From contig NC_090354.1 in NCBI RefSeq assembly GCF_035084215.1, positions 30,504,001-30,568,000 of the forward strand: 64,000 nt of DNA, given 5' to 3'. The notes beneath the pieces are model-generated. The model made no database searches and was not told where the DNA came from. It saw only the letters and a list, made by a program, of their open reading frames with translations. The number at the start of each line of letters is the position of its first letter. Position 1 is the first letter of the stretch. The position numbers and the translations under genes are program-made. Origin of the DNA: Heptranchias perlo. Lineage: Eukaryota. Positions 39,030 to 50,699 of this stretch are shown one piece after another.

Positions 39030-39455
39030 TTGCATAGGTGGGATAGAGGCTGTGGTGGGGGTACATGGGGTATGGATAGAACTGGTAGATTATACACGGG
39101 GTATGGAAGGATGGGGAAAGTTCTACATGGGGTATGGAAGGAATGGGAAGATTATACAAGGGGTATGGATGGAATGTTTAGATTAGCCATGGGATATGGA
39201 AGGAATGGGTAGATTATACACGGGGCTTGATTGGAATGGGTAGATTATACATGGGGTATGGGTGGAATGGGAAAAACATATATAGGGTATGGAAGGAACG
39301 TGTAGATTATACATGGTTTATGGAAGGAACGTGTAGATTATACACGATGTATGGAAGAGATGGATAAATTATACATGGTGTATGAATGGAATGTGTAGAT
39401 TATACATAGGGTGTAAATGGAATAGATAGATTATAGATGGGGCATGGGTTGTCAG
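39030..39455. repeat. Degenerate minisatellite, about 31-bp unit (GTAGATTATACATGGGGTATGGAAGGAATGG)
   Basis: Recurring tagattataca..gtatgga..gaatg. Confidence 0.85.
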
Positions 39456-39659
39456 ATAGACTGGTCAATAGTCAGAGATATGCTTGGGTATATACATATA
39501 TATAGATAGAATGAAAGAAAGAATAAAATAGAATAGTTAGAATTATAGAGAGAATAAAGATGTATATAGAATGATAGATACATACATTGGTGGATAAACA
39601 AATAGTGGCAGTACCACTATAGTCCTGCTGGTGGTGATGCTGAGCAAGGCTACTGGATA

Positions 39660-39975
39660 TCAGAGGTCTCTGCAGCACCACCAGCAGGATTATAGCCGCA
39701 CTGGAACCATGATGCTCACAATTTAAAACCATGAGATTCTTTTCATAATGACTTTGTGAAAACTCCTTGCCGTCCTGATAACAAATAAAGACTTTGTACC
39801 TGGGAATCCTAGCAGATGGTTTACCGTAGTCAGAAAACGATAGCTTATGTGAAGGCCTCCCATAGTTGAATATCCAGCCAACAGGGCTAACACAGGAAGG
39901 ATGGCAACTTGGACAAGGTTGGAAAGTGCAGCCATGCCAGTGGAATCTTACGCCTTCACGAGAGGCGGGAGCAAG
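39660..39975 (-). pseudogene. Putative 3' half of a decayed FAM187-family gene (second Ig domain plus TM remnant)
   Basis: C..CVSPVGW, FLTTVNHL (other frame), VFICYQDGKEF and AAIILLVVL parallel CP..PVNW / IDHGNHL / YYCWRQG / TM of FAM187 proteins. Recognised by eye. Confidence 0.45.
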
Positions 39976-39984
39976 CTGGAGAAA

Positions 39985-40330
39985 AGAAAGAACTTGCAAT
40001 CCTATCGCATCTGCTCGCCTCTCTCAGAGACATTTTGAAGCGCTTCACTCACATGAATTATTTTTAAGTGCAGTGACTGTTGATACATTTGCCTCTTGGA
40101 TGCCATTTTACATACAACAAGGTCCCACAGAAGCAGTTAGTTTTTTTTAGTAGTACTTGCTGAGGAGAGGAACCCCCTCTAATCTTCAATTAGCACAATG
40201 AGATCTTTAATCTTTAAACAGCATCTCGGATCAACATCACATCCAAACAACAGCACCTCAGACAGTACAGCACTCCCTCAGTACTACACTGAAGTATTAG
40301 CCTAGATTAGGTGCTCAAGTCCTGGAATGG
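39985..40330 (-). mobile_element. Degenerate SacSINE1-like SINE (a plus-strand SINE tail follows at 40370-40472)
   Basis: cagcactccctcagtactacactg..gtgctcaagtcctgga matches the SINE reverse complement. Confidence 0.7.
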
Positions 40331-40596
40331 GCTGTGTAATTTTAGCAATTTCAGTTTATTTTTAAATTTCCTTACAATGGTGACCACACTTCAAAAGTAC
40401 CTCATTGGCTGTGAAGCATTTTGAGACGTCCTGAGGTTGTGAAAGGCGCTATATAAATGCAAATTCTTTCTTTAGGCTGCGAGGGTAATGCTTCCATTAG
40501 CACACTGTAATCCTGTACACTGATTGCAATATCGTTACTGTTAGCCTAATGCTGAAGTATGCTGAACATTTCCTTTAAGTTTATTACTGTGCTTAT

Positions 40597-41765
40597 GCGA
40601 ATACACAGGATCTGCTCAGACGAGGAGGAACGCGATGGACACCTACAGACGCTGAAAGACGCCCTCGTAAGAACGGGATATGACGCTCGACTCGTCGATC
40701 GACAGTTCCGACGGGCCACAGCAAAAAATCGCATAGATCTCCTCAGAAGACAAACACGGGACGCAACCAACAGAGTACCCTTCGTCGTCCAGTACTTCCC
40801 TGGAGCGGAGAAACTACGCCATGTTCTCTGCAGTCTTCAACATGTCATCGATGACGACGAACGCCTCGCTAAGGCCATCCCCACGCCTCCACTACTCGCC
40901 TTCAAACAGCCACCCAACCTCAAACAGACCATCGTTCGCAGCAAATTACCCAGCTTTCAGGAGAACAGCGTCCATGACACCACACAACCCTGCCACGGTA
41001 ACCTCTGCAAGACATGCCAGATCATCAACACAGATACCACCATCACACGAGAGGACACCACCCACCAGGTGCATGGTTCATACTCCTGTGACTCGGCCAA
41101 CGTTACCTCATACGTTGCAGGAAAGGATGCCCTGGAGCATGGTACATTGGCGAGACCATGCAGACACTGCGACAACGGATGAACGGACACCGCACAACAA
41201 TCGCCAGACAGGAGGGTTCCCTCCCAGTCGGGGAACACTTCAGTAGTCAAGGACATTCAGCCACCGATCTTCGGGTAAGCGTTCTCCAAGGTGGCCTTCG
41301 AGACACACGACAACACAAAATCGTCAAGCAGAAATTGATAGCCAAGTTCCGCACCCATGAGGACGGCCTCAACCGGGATCTTGGGTTCATGTCACGCTAC
41401 ATGTAACCCCACCAGGGAAAAAAAAAGTTATCTGTTTTTAATACAACTGGCCATTCTTTGTCTCTCTCTCTCTGTCTTTGTAATCTGACCGCTTGCGTAT
41501 TCAGCGGTCTGGGGTGTAATGTTCCCCTGTCTGAACACCATCCATGCCGAGATGTGATAACGGGAAGTTGGAAAGATTATCTGTAATCACCAGGCATTGT
41601 TCTGTGACTGTATATGCGGTGCTTTTATGGAAACCTTCACACACCTGACGAAGGAGAAAAGCTCCGAAAGCTTGTGATTTTCAAGTAAAACTGTTGGACT
41701 ATAACCTGGTGTTGTAAGATTCCTTACATTTGTCCACCCCAGTCCATCACCGGCATCTCCACATT
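40597..41765 (+). mobile_element. Penelope-like element 3' part (GIY-YIG endonuclease plus terminal repeat)
   Basis: RIHRICSD, RVPFVVQY, AFKQPPNLKQTIVRS, CKTC, then after a frameshift near 41101 YLIRCRKGCPGAWYIGETMQTLRQRMNGHR..HF..H..GLN. Confidence 0.93.
41638..41677 (+). ncRNA. Minimal type I hammerhead ribozyme motif in the Penelope terminal repeat
   Basis: CAC-CTGACGA-A-GGAG-AAAAG-CTCC-GAAA-GCTT-GTG: core boxes, 4-bp stem II, self-complementary AAGCTT in place of stem III, CAC/GTG stem I. Confidence 0.6.
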
Positions 41766-42827
41766 ATGGTGATTCAGATCTTGTTATCGGTTACATTTAA
41801 TCCCTAATAACAAACCTTTTGATGGTACTAACTGTAGATTTAGCGTGCACAATACATCTCTGTGTCTTCAGTCCTCAACACACCTCAGTTAAGAGTCAAG
41901 TTCCATTACATTTGTTGTGGACTTTGGTCCTACTGCTCTCTGACCCAGCTTAATAACATTCTTCATATTGGATATGTAGAATGTGAGCTAATTTATTATT
42001 GAAACCCTAGACACAACCCGATTTGTTATTCCCTATACACTGGTGAAAGAAAGTGGATGGGAGTGAGGGAAGATTTCTCTGAGACCCTTCACCTGATGAA
42101 GTTCCACAGGTACCGTGAATTCACTTTCTCTGCGTACAGAGTGGTTGTTATCCTGAGTCTTCATTTAACATACACATTTCCAACACCCCATATCCAGCAC
42201 TCCGCACCCCAGGTAGAGCGGCCAAAAAAAGCAATCAACTAAAAATAAAAGCCACTGAAATTGCCTTGCTACTGCATAAAGTTGAGACAAAGGGATAATC
42301 TGTAAAGGCAGTAAAACTTAAATAAAAACAGAAATTGCTGGAAGTGAGCAGCAGGTCAGCCAGCAGCTGAACAAGGTCAGGTTAACATCTCAGCTTACGA
42401 TCAGTGCTGATGGAGGGTCTGACCTCAAGCATTAACCTGTCTTTTCTCTCTCACCTTTACATAAAGTGTATCTCAGGGGCCAGCACTTTAATCTGTTTGT
42501 GTTGCAGCAAATGTAACTGGGATAATGGCCACACACTTACTGTCCGGCACAATTTGGGGGAGACGCACTATCTAATACAAATTTCTGTGTCACACTTAAA
42601 AATAAGTATAAAGAAAGTTTGTAATTGGAAATATATGGGAAAACCCTCCAGGAATGGAAAATGCTGCAGCCATGATATCTGTAAGCTCCTAATTCAATTC
42701 CTCACAAAGCCACGGTTCTCCTCTCCAGCCTGAATAGCCAGTGTTTACTTAACATTAGTTGAATTTTGTAGTCTTAAAGGATATCGACTCTTCAGCAGGA
42801 TAATTCACTGTGTTTACACTGCATGAC

Positions 42828-43208
42828 GTGGCTCAGTGGTAGCACTCTCACCTCTGAGTCAGAAGTTCGTGGGTTCAAGCCCCACTCCAGAGACTTGAAC
42901 ACATAACCTAAGATGGGAGTGCTACAATGTCTTTCAGACAAGATGCTAAACTGAGGCCTTGTCTGCCCTCTCAGTTTGATGTAAAAGATCCCATAGCACC
43001 ATTCCAAGAAGAGCAGGGGAGTTTTCCCTGGTGTCCTGGCAAATATTTATCCAACACTAAATATATGATTTAGTCATTTATTTCATTGCTATTTGTGGGC
43101 CTTGCTGTGCGCAAATTGGCTGCTGCATTTCCTGCATTGCAACAGTGGCTGTGAAGCGCTTTGGGATGTCCTGAGCTGAAAGGCTCTATATAAATGCAAG
43201 TCTTTCCT
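42828..43208 (+). mobile_element. SacSINE1-like SINE
   Basis: gtggctcagtggtagcactctcacctctgagtcagaag..ggttcaagcccc; tail tataaatgcaagtctttc. Confidence 0.88.
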
Positions 43209-43429
43209 TCCTCACAGACAGTGCATCCATTGATCTCCGTGAGCAGTGCCACAAGAGATTCACTAGCACTTGTAATAATCGAGATGTTCATGCATCCATC
43301 TAGCGAGTATTGGCATGCCTCCACTAGATGGTTAGGAACTCATCACATGGACAGCCACATCCTGTGGCATCTCACCAATCTGAGTTGCAGTCAGGTAATG
43401 CATGAAAAAAAACAGCATTGGAATAAAAT

Positions 43430-43790
43430 GGGTGGGGCCGTGAATTAGTCGCTGACCTTTCATCCCTGGGACCTGGGTTCAGCTCCAGCCTAGAATGATG
43501 CGATGAAAGTCTCCTCTGTCTGCTGGGTCTAGGAGACCCATGTGGAATGAGTTGGTCAGTCTCCATCCAGTTCCTTATGGGCCTGGGCTCACAGCACAAA
43601 CAATCCCTAATTCACCATCAATTGGCAATCTCATTCAAGAGAGGTGACAGGGTGGCTGCAGTCAGGAAAAGCAAACTATCGTATTGATGTTAAGTAGAAG
43701 AGTTCTCTTCTCAGGCACATTAGAGGGAGTGTTACCCTGCCCTGTACTGTGTACCTGACCTGGGAGTGCTTGACTGGACACTGGAGGGCT
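43430..43790 (+). mobile_element. LF-SINE-like element
   Basis: cctttcatccctgggacctgggttc head; atgtggaatgagttggtcagtctccatccagttcc resembles the LF-SINE core as recalled; caattggca. Confidence 0.6.
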
Positions 43791-44149
43791 CGACTGCCCG
43801 TTATACACTCTGCCCGATCATCCATTCCATTGCCAAAAGTTAAAATGACCTTCCGGGTATCTGAAAAGGGAAAGTATTCCAATCCCCAACACTAACAATT
43901 CCCCCATCTTGATTAGTGGAAAATTCAGGCAAACAAAGTCATTAAAAGAATGCCACAGAAGCAGCTGGGGATTCAGCCATTTTTTATTATTTTATGGGCT
44001 TTTTTTCAAAAAAGCAGAAAGGTTAATATTTCAAAATAACAACAGACTCAGAGGTGCTAATGTTTGGAGTGAACACCCATCAGCCATTAAGAACGTATTG
44101 CAGAGGCTGTGTATTCTATTAGGGTCTACATCTTAACAAGCAGGAAGGG

Positions 44150-44903
44150 AGCTTATTCAATATCTGACATCCACCCTCCCACAGACCACAATCCCAGGCT
44201 CAGTAGGATCACCATCCAACTCCCCACCTGGAGCTTCGGCACAGGGCTGTTCTGGGGAGGAGAGACGGGAGTCTCTGACTGAAGGGTACAGGATCCTCCC
44301 AGACTGGGTAATAGCTGCTCCCGTATACTCTCTCCTCAGGAGCCCTGGTGAGGAATTTCCAGAGTGATGTCTCAAACAAGCGTTCCAGCCACATGCAGAA
44401 TCTGGTACAGCAGAAGGCGCTGGAGCAGACTGATCCATGCCGGCATCAGATGTACAAGCTCCACTCTGACCGGACATATCAGGTTGGATAGTGAGAGCCA
44501 GGGCCTGGAATCAGGGCCCAGAGAGGAGCCCGGAATCAGGGCCCGGGGAGCGGGGCCCGGAGTGGTGCCCGGAGTGGGGCCCGGAGTGGGGCCCCGCAAC
44601 CGGGGCCCGGAGTGGAGCCCCGCAACCGGGGCCCGGAGTGGAGCCCCGCAACCGGGGCCCGGAGTGGAGCCCCGCAACCGGGGCCCGGAGTGGAGCCCCG
44701 CAACCGGGGCCCGGAGAGCTGGGGACCGGAAAGGAGAGGGGGTCTTGGCCTGGACCAACAAACTGGTGCACCTGGCACAGATTGCCCAAACCAAGCACTA
44801 ATCCTGTGTGTCCAAACGAACAACGGGCGGTTTGCCCCAGTGTCCACACAAACCGTGTGCGTAATGAGGGGCCCAGTGTAATGAGATAGGCCAGCAGCTT
44901 CAT
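44150..44903 (-). pseudogene. Putative 5' half of a decayed FAM187-family (FAM187B-like) gene, interrupted by a 26-bp VNTR
   Basis: Across frames, in order: MKLLAYLITLG, LTIQPDMSGQSG/LYI*CR, QRLLLYQILHV, EERVYGSSYYPVWEDPVP, PVPKLQVGS. These parallel FAM187B PSQTGLYHC, RQVVQYEI..LHI, KRLGYRYIEEPLEEAMP and RPELQVEA as recalled. Confidence 0.45.
44530..44715. repeat. GC-rich minisatellite, 26-bp unit (CGGGGCCCGGAGTGGAGCCCCGCAAC)
   Basis: About 4-5 full copies plus 12-bp subunits. Confidence 0.93.
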
Positions 44904-45413
44904 CCAATTGAGGCATAGAGAATTTTAGAAATCGTGGATTAAAGGGAAATGGAAGTCCTGGTAAATATTTTTAGCTTGAAGTAGTCCCTGAATATATAGG
45001 GGGAAAAAAATCAGCCTTCATATTTTATCTTCTTAAAATGTCAAATTTTTTTTAACCTCAGTGGAGAGCCTCTGGCCAAGCATCCAAGCGGTAATGTCAC
45101 TGACAGGAAGGAGCCTTGTGTGCCTAGTAGAGACCTTAATTTGTCCCAGACTGCGAGGCAATCTAGACCGACCCATCCCTGCGAAAGCACACAACTGTCG
45201 AGGTGTGTCACGGCTAATCGTTCTCGATATATACAGTCCCCCACCACGTATAGTGGGTGGGTTTGTGCAAACAGTTGCCAGGGAGAGGACAGTTAACATT
45301 CACACTGCAGCACGTGCTAAAGATAAGCTGGAACTGCAATAAAAACAAAAGTGCTGGAAAAAACACGGCAGGTCTGCCGGTTTCGGATGGCTGTACATCT
45401 GGACATTACTAAC

Positions 45414-45419
45414 TTTATT
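45414..45419 (-). terminator. Candidate polyadenylation signal for CCDC103 (AATAAA)
   Basis: tttatt on the plus strand, about 410 nt past the stop codon. Confidence 0.4.
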
Positions 45420-45827
45420 ACAATCAGCAATGTTTCAACAAGTGATTTAATCTGATTCATTTAAGCTGATGGACAATAGGCACAAATTCACTTGAAAAGT
45501 AAAAGAGTTCTCTCTTTGCTTTGGTCAGTCTGCCCGAAATAAATGGAGCTCTTAACACGCTGTAACCGGCAACTTTGAAACTGACATTAATGCAAACGGA
45601 TAATAGTTATCGCTTTTTGGTTGATATAAGCGACTGCCTGTTTTAAACATGGACGTGGTGGGGACTGTATTTCTTTGAATGGACAGCAGGGCAAGTACCT
45701 TGAACCGACAGTGTTGCCCCTCGAACTGACCCTCCCTTTTAGTAAATGCACAGTTTGCTCTGCCTGAAGTTCAGGGGGAATCACAGTGTGAAAGGGTGAA
45801 GAGTCTTTCAGAGCTGTGAAGGCTGGA

Positions 45828-46295
45828 CTAGCTCAGCTTGTACACTTCCATCAATTGCTGTAGCGTTGCCACATGTATTGTTTCCCCTGCAGCACGCTCC
45901 CCTTTTGCAGTTTCCTGAACAGCCTCCAGCTCTGCCCCACAGTCCGGCCGTAGGGAGGGAGAGCCATCCAACTCCCGCTGCAACATCTGAAATAACTTCA
46001 GGCCTTTCTCTCTTTCTCTGCTACTCAAGAAATCCACATTCAGGTCAAACCGTTTGGTCAGGGAAAGATGCAGCAGGATCCGGTAAATTGCCTGGCCATC
46101 TATCAGTTGGAAATGATCGCAAAGGATGACGAGGAATTCACCGAGAAGACCGAATCCAATTTCAGCGCTGAAGATTTTCCCCAAAACCTCAGCGCCTAGG
46201 TGGAGAAGGAAGGTGTATTTCTCTGGTTCGGTGCTGTAGTATCTTCTCCAGTCACGGCTAAACTCAGCTGCTGTCTTTGGCTGGGAGTTCGGATC
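45828..46295 (-). CDS. CCDC103: CCDC103 last coding exon (RPAP3_C-like domain)
   Basis: Acceptor aaaccatag|GAT. Translation DPNSQPKTAAEFSRDWRRYYSTEPEKYTFLLHLGAEVLGKIFSAEIGFGLLGEF..RFDLNVDFLSSRERE..LQQLMEVYKLS*. 468 nt, phase 0. Confidence 0.93.
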   Translation of the reverse strand, partial: DPNSQPKTAAEFSRDWRRYYSTEPEKYTFLLHLGAEVLGKIFSAEIGFGLLGEFLVILCDHFQLIDGQAIYRILLHLSLTKRFDLNVDFLSSREREKGLKLFQMLQRELDGSPSLRPDCGAELEAVQETAKGERAAGETIHVATLQQLMEVYKLS

Positions 46296-46389
46296 CTATG
46301 GTTTGGGAAGAGATACTGTGACATTAGCTTCAACCTAAACCAACACCAATAATGTGATGGTGTTTCCGAACAATGTTGATAAATAGCGC

Positions 46390-46660
46390 GTGTTTCGGTG
46401 AAATGAGTTGGGCAGTCTCAACCCAGTGCCTAGGAGACACGGACCCATTTCAGAAAACATGCCCATGACTCATCACTAATTTGACAATCTCACTCAGAGA
46501 GGCCATAGGATGGCTAGTGTGGGAAATGTCACACTAGTTACGGCAAAGCTGTTCCTTTGAGGTTGGGGCTGAAGCACACCGTTGGGGCATTGTAGAGGGA
46601 GCTCTGCAGATAATTGTGCCAGACCTGACCTGGAAGTAATTAATCTGCACACTGGGTGTT
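46390..46660 (+). mobile_element. LF-SINE-like fragment in a CCDC103 intron
   Basis: gtgaaatgagttgggcagtctcaacccagtgcc...gaagcacac..gtagagggagc; homologous to the 43430 copy. Confidence 0.55.
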
Positions 46661-48295
46661 CCATTGACCAGCACTAACAGCCCTCACCATGACGGCCACA
46701 AAATTCACAAAAAACAGTGACTGCTCCAACTGGGAGGATTTTCTGAGCCCAACGGTGCAGGGTCTGAACTCACATGCACACAGCAGATTGATAGGATTAC
46801 TGAAGTAATTCAATTCCTTTGTACCAGGATTCATGGATCACCTGTTCTCCCAGTGTATCTCAATGTTGCTCCGTAGCCAGCTCTTAGGAGGCACTGGAGA
46901 ACAGCATGGGGACGTTCTCCCTCCCTTGTGAGAAAACCCTGGCCCCTTTCTTTCATGGCAGAATTTGGGGAAGCCATCACATGGGTAACCATGGGAACGT
47001 AACTGCATCTTACCCATTCCACGGTAGATAGCATCCGAGTACTGATACACCGCACTTTCATTTATAGTGTTACAGTCACACACCAGCACATCCCTCCGCG
47101 GGTTCCCTCCACGTTAGTGCTCACCAGGTTAAAAGCCTTAAATCTCAAAACACCGTTACAAACAGACCCAACTGCTAATCAGAGGACATCTACAGATACT
47201 CAATGGTCCATTTTGATGAAACCTTATGAGTTCAGGCAATGTAGTCTCCGACCATCTTACGCACACAGCACTCTACATTGTGTCTTACATTAAATATTGG
47301 GTGTGAATATCCTCGGGGATTCTCTGGCTCCAACGCAGAAGTTCGGCGTCTCTGCTGAAGTTTGGCACCAGAGTGGTGAAGCCCCAAGGGAATCCCCCCC
47401 ACCCCCACCGTAACACAAATGAGCCCCAGTAAGGCAGATAGGGCATCAACTGAAACTAGCCTGCCCTACCTCTGCACTAGGCTGCTCCGTACTTTAGGAA
47501 AATACCTCCTGCCAGACACTTTGCGGCTGCTGAAGTTTCCATTTTTTTCCCCCAAGAGAGAGGGGAGAGATTCCCTGCACGGGTGAGAAAATATATTGAA
47601 GGGAACGGGCACGAGTATTTCAGCACAACAGAAAGAGGCATCTGGCGTACATGTTCTCAGTACGTCTGCTTGTGCTCGGGCTGTTTGTTGCCCAGAAAAG
47701 TTCAGCTGGCCTGGGGCTGCTGTGCAGTCTCCTAGTGACTGAACTTAGGGGTGGGGGATACTATCACAAAACATGGCTTGAGACAAGAGTGGAAATTATG
47801 AAGCAAATTTTGAACAAAAGAACCCTGCCACTGGGGGAGTTTAATGAGGGACGAAATGATGTAGAAAATATAGTTTATGGGGGTGGGGGTGTTATTTTTT
47901 GTTAAACTTAAAGCCAATTAGAGTTGATAAAAGATGGGACATGTAGAACTGAATGAGATACTCAAGCTCTCCCAATGTGGGACTGAACTGTACAGACCAG
48001 GCAGCCCCGATCTATGTTGGTGAGACAGTTGGTTAGGAAGGAGAAAGCCCAGCCAGGATTCCCCACTCCTGATCATTATTTGGTGACTCCTGCTCAAAGT
48101 TCACATGTGCACAATCAGGATCACTGTAATGCTAGCAGCCTACCACGGCATGAGGTGAGGGAAAGAAACCAGTTGTAACACTGACGAGATTCAGAGTCTA
48201 ATGAGCCATTGACTCTGACTCCTGCCCCTCCTTGTCTGCAGAGCCCCACCTACAATACCATATTTAGCCCAACTCTATGACCATTAAACACTAAC

Positions 48296-48425
48296 CTTGG
48301 ATAGTCCCACCTGAACACTGTCCTTTGTGCTCGTTGACCTGGCACATATATTCCAGGGTTGATTCCTCGCTCCCAACTTGTTTCGCCAGTCCAGTGGTTT
48401 CAGGTGCGATGCCAGCACAATATCT
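48296..48425 (-). CDS. CCDC103: CCDC103 middle coding exon
   Basis: Acceptor tgttctgtag|A. Translation (R)DIVLASHLKPLDWRNKLGARNQPWNICARSTSTKDSVQVGLSK|gttagt. 130 nt, keeps frame. Alternative in-frame donor at 48311. Confidence 0.9.
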
Positions 48426-49258
48426 CTACAGAACACAACGTGGAAACATCGGATTCATTTGCTGTGATTCTTTTCCCCTCCACTCTTATGACTTCTAATT
48501 CTTCCATTAGAAGCCTCATGATGTTCTGCGGGTAAGGGCATTAGGAGGTACAGTACTGAGCCACAGACCATGGAGGTCACAGCGTTCATTCCAAGTGTGG
48601 GCTCAGTTGAGGTGCCAATGGGCAGAAATTAGCCAGGGACCAGCATAAGAATTTTTATGAACAGGCTTTTAAGTTTAAAATGTCCTTTTTCGATAGGACA
48701 ATCCTACCTCCTCACCATCTCTCTCAATCCAAAAACAAACCTCATTACCTCTTGATCCCATCCAATTCAATGGCTTGCCCAGGTAAGCTATTCTGCACAT
48801 CTATTACTATTTGACTGAAAAGGTTTCACTCAACTTCCCTTATCTTACTCCCAACTTCCTCAATTTCAACTTGTGTCCCGATATTTGAACCCTTCTTCAC
48901 AGTGAACAGAGCTCTTGCTCCTGATCGCTATCCAGTAATGCCTTTACTGGGAGGTGTGTGTGTGTGTGTGTGTACGTCAGGTGAGGACAAATTTGAGCTG
49001 ACTCCCGTGGTTGAATAGCTGCTAGACACTCACTGTCTAGAATTTCACACTTGGAGAAGGTATCAGAGGGCTGCTGACGCCTGTGAAACTGCTCCAGCAT
49101 GAGTGATTGTGTTTGGGAGAACAGGAGGCGGAATTGGGTAGGGAGCTGCATGCCTCATTTAAAAAGAATACGAGTCAATTAGGATGTTGTAGAAACCCCC
49201 AGCCATACTGCAACTACAAAGTTCCTATTTGGGTCATTTTCTCAGTGCAAAGCACAGT

Positions 49259-49442
49259 GGGGTAGAAATTTGTCTTGGGCGATAGTGCAATCCAGGCAGT
49301 ATCGCAGGGGCCACCATTTGTTCGCTCCGCCTGATATTCAGTTCCACTGAAGTCAATGGAACCGAATATCGGGTGCAACATATACCGGGTGCGACGTATC
49401 CCGCCCGTTTTACACTATCGCCCCAAAGCGAATTTCTACCTC
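49259..49442. mobile_element. Palindromic MITE
   Basis: Termini ggggtagaaatt..gggcgatagtg / cactatcgcccc..aatttctacc; centre ttccactgaagtcaatggaa. Confidence 0.75.
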
Positions 49443-49917
49443 AGTACTTTTGGGATCATTTTAAAAATAAAAGGAAGGTCATCGGTTGCAAAATTAAACG
49501 GGAACTATTAACCCTCACTGTGTCATCCACCGATTTCTACTGCATATTCAAGTACGTTATGAATATGTTCATCGGGCTGAAGATTCAATTAACAATTTGG
49601 GAGAAAACAATGGGAGCTGTCTCAGGTTGTCAGTAATGAAGCTTAGCCCGGCTCTGGTGGAGCGATTTGTTTGGGCAGGGACTCGGAGAATTCTAAAGTG
49701 ATGACGTAAATTAAATTAAGCCCAATGTGTGAAGCCTCGTGCAACACTGAACACTGCACAGACTGCTTTAAATATAAAACCAAAGCCTTTGACCTCTGTG
49801 AAAGCACAGAGTGAGTGGATGTGCTTCAACTGTCTGATGCCAGCTCCACTTGCAAGGAAGGCTGCTCAGCTGAGCTTCACAGAGGAGCCCTTCGAGAGCA
49901 GGATTTTTCCCATTATT

Positions 49918-50658
49918 GGGCCAAATCTTCCTGGAAAAATAAGGGCAAGTTCATGATTCACACCGTTACTAATGCGCAAACCAGCCAGCAAATTCAGGGG
50001 AAGAAGAGATACGCCGTGAGTTGCAAACCTTCGGGACTTGCTGGTCGATTTAGGCCGCTCTGTCGTTTGCCTCACACAAACGGCATCTCGCCCCGAGCCT
50101 CCCCGTTATTTTTAGAACTTGTTGGATTTGCACATTAATTGCCCATTAAACTCACCACAGAAAGTTAGGGCTCATAATTAACAGCACAAGTCCCTTTTAA
50201 TGACGTGGTAATTGCTAATGCAATGCCAATCAATCTCTCCAGCCCAGAAAGGGAACAATTTCAACTGTTGAGTCTCATTGCTGCACACAGCAAATTCTTC
50301 TTAGATTTTAAAAATTTCAAATTTCAAAATTTTACATTTTTTTTTTTACTTACTTTTCCTTTCTGTCTCTCAATCCAATATTTCTTTCCCTCTCTTTATT
50401 TCTCTTTCTGTACCTGATTTAACTCGAATTCACCCTCCTTCTCCGTTTCTTTCTCAATCCTTCAATCTCATTGGTTAAGGAGATACACTGATGGTCCCGT
50501 CGTTCACTGAGGTCCCAGATGCCCTGTTGCCCTCACCACACTGTTATCAGCTCGCACTTCCAGCAAATTACGGCGCAAATTATATTTGAGCTGAAGAGTG
50601 TAGGAAAATGTCTAACGGTGCTTGCCACAAAATGCCCCATCCCAGCAAGATTTGGCCC
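49918..50658. mobile_element. Non-autonomous DNA transposon (Harbinger-like termini), related to 52180-52798
   Basis: TIR GGGCCAAATCTT...AAGATTTGGCCC; interior shared with the 52180 copy (cagaaagttagggct, gtcccagatgccc..tcagctcgcacttccagcaa). Confidence 0.8.
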
Positions 50659-50699
50659 TTTATATTTGAGGGCCAGATTATCTCCACTTTCATCCCCCC

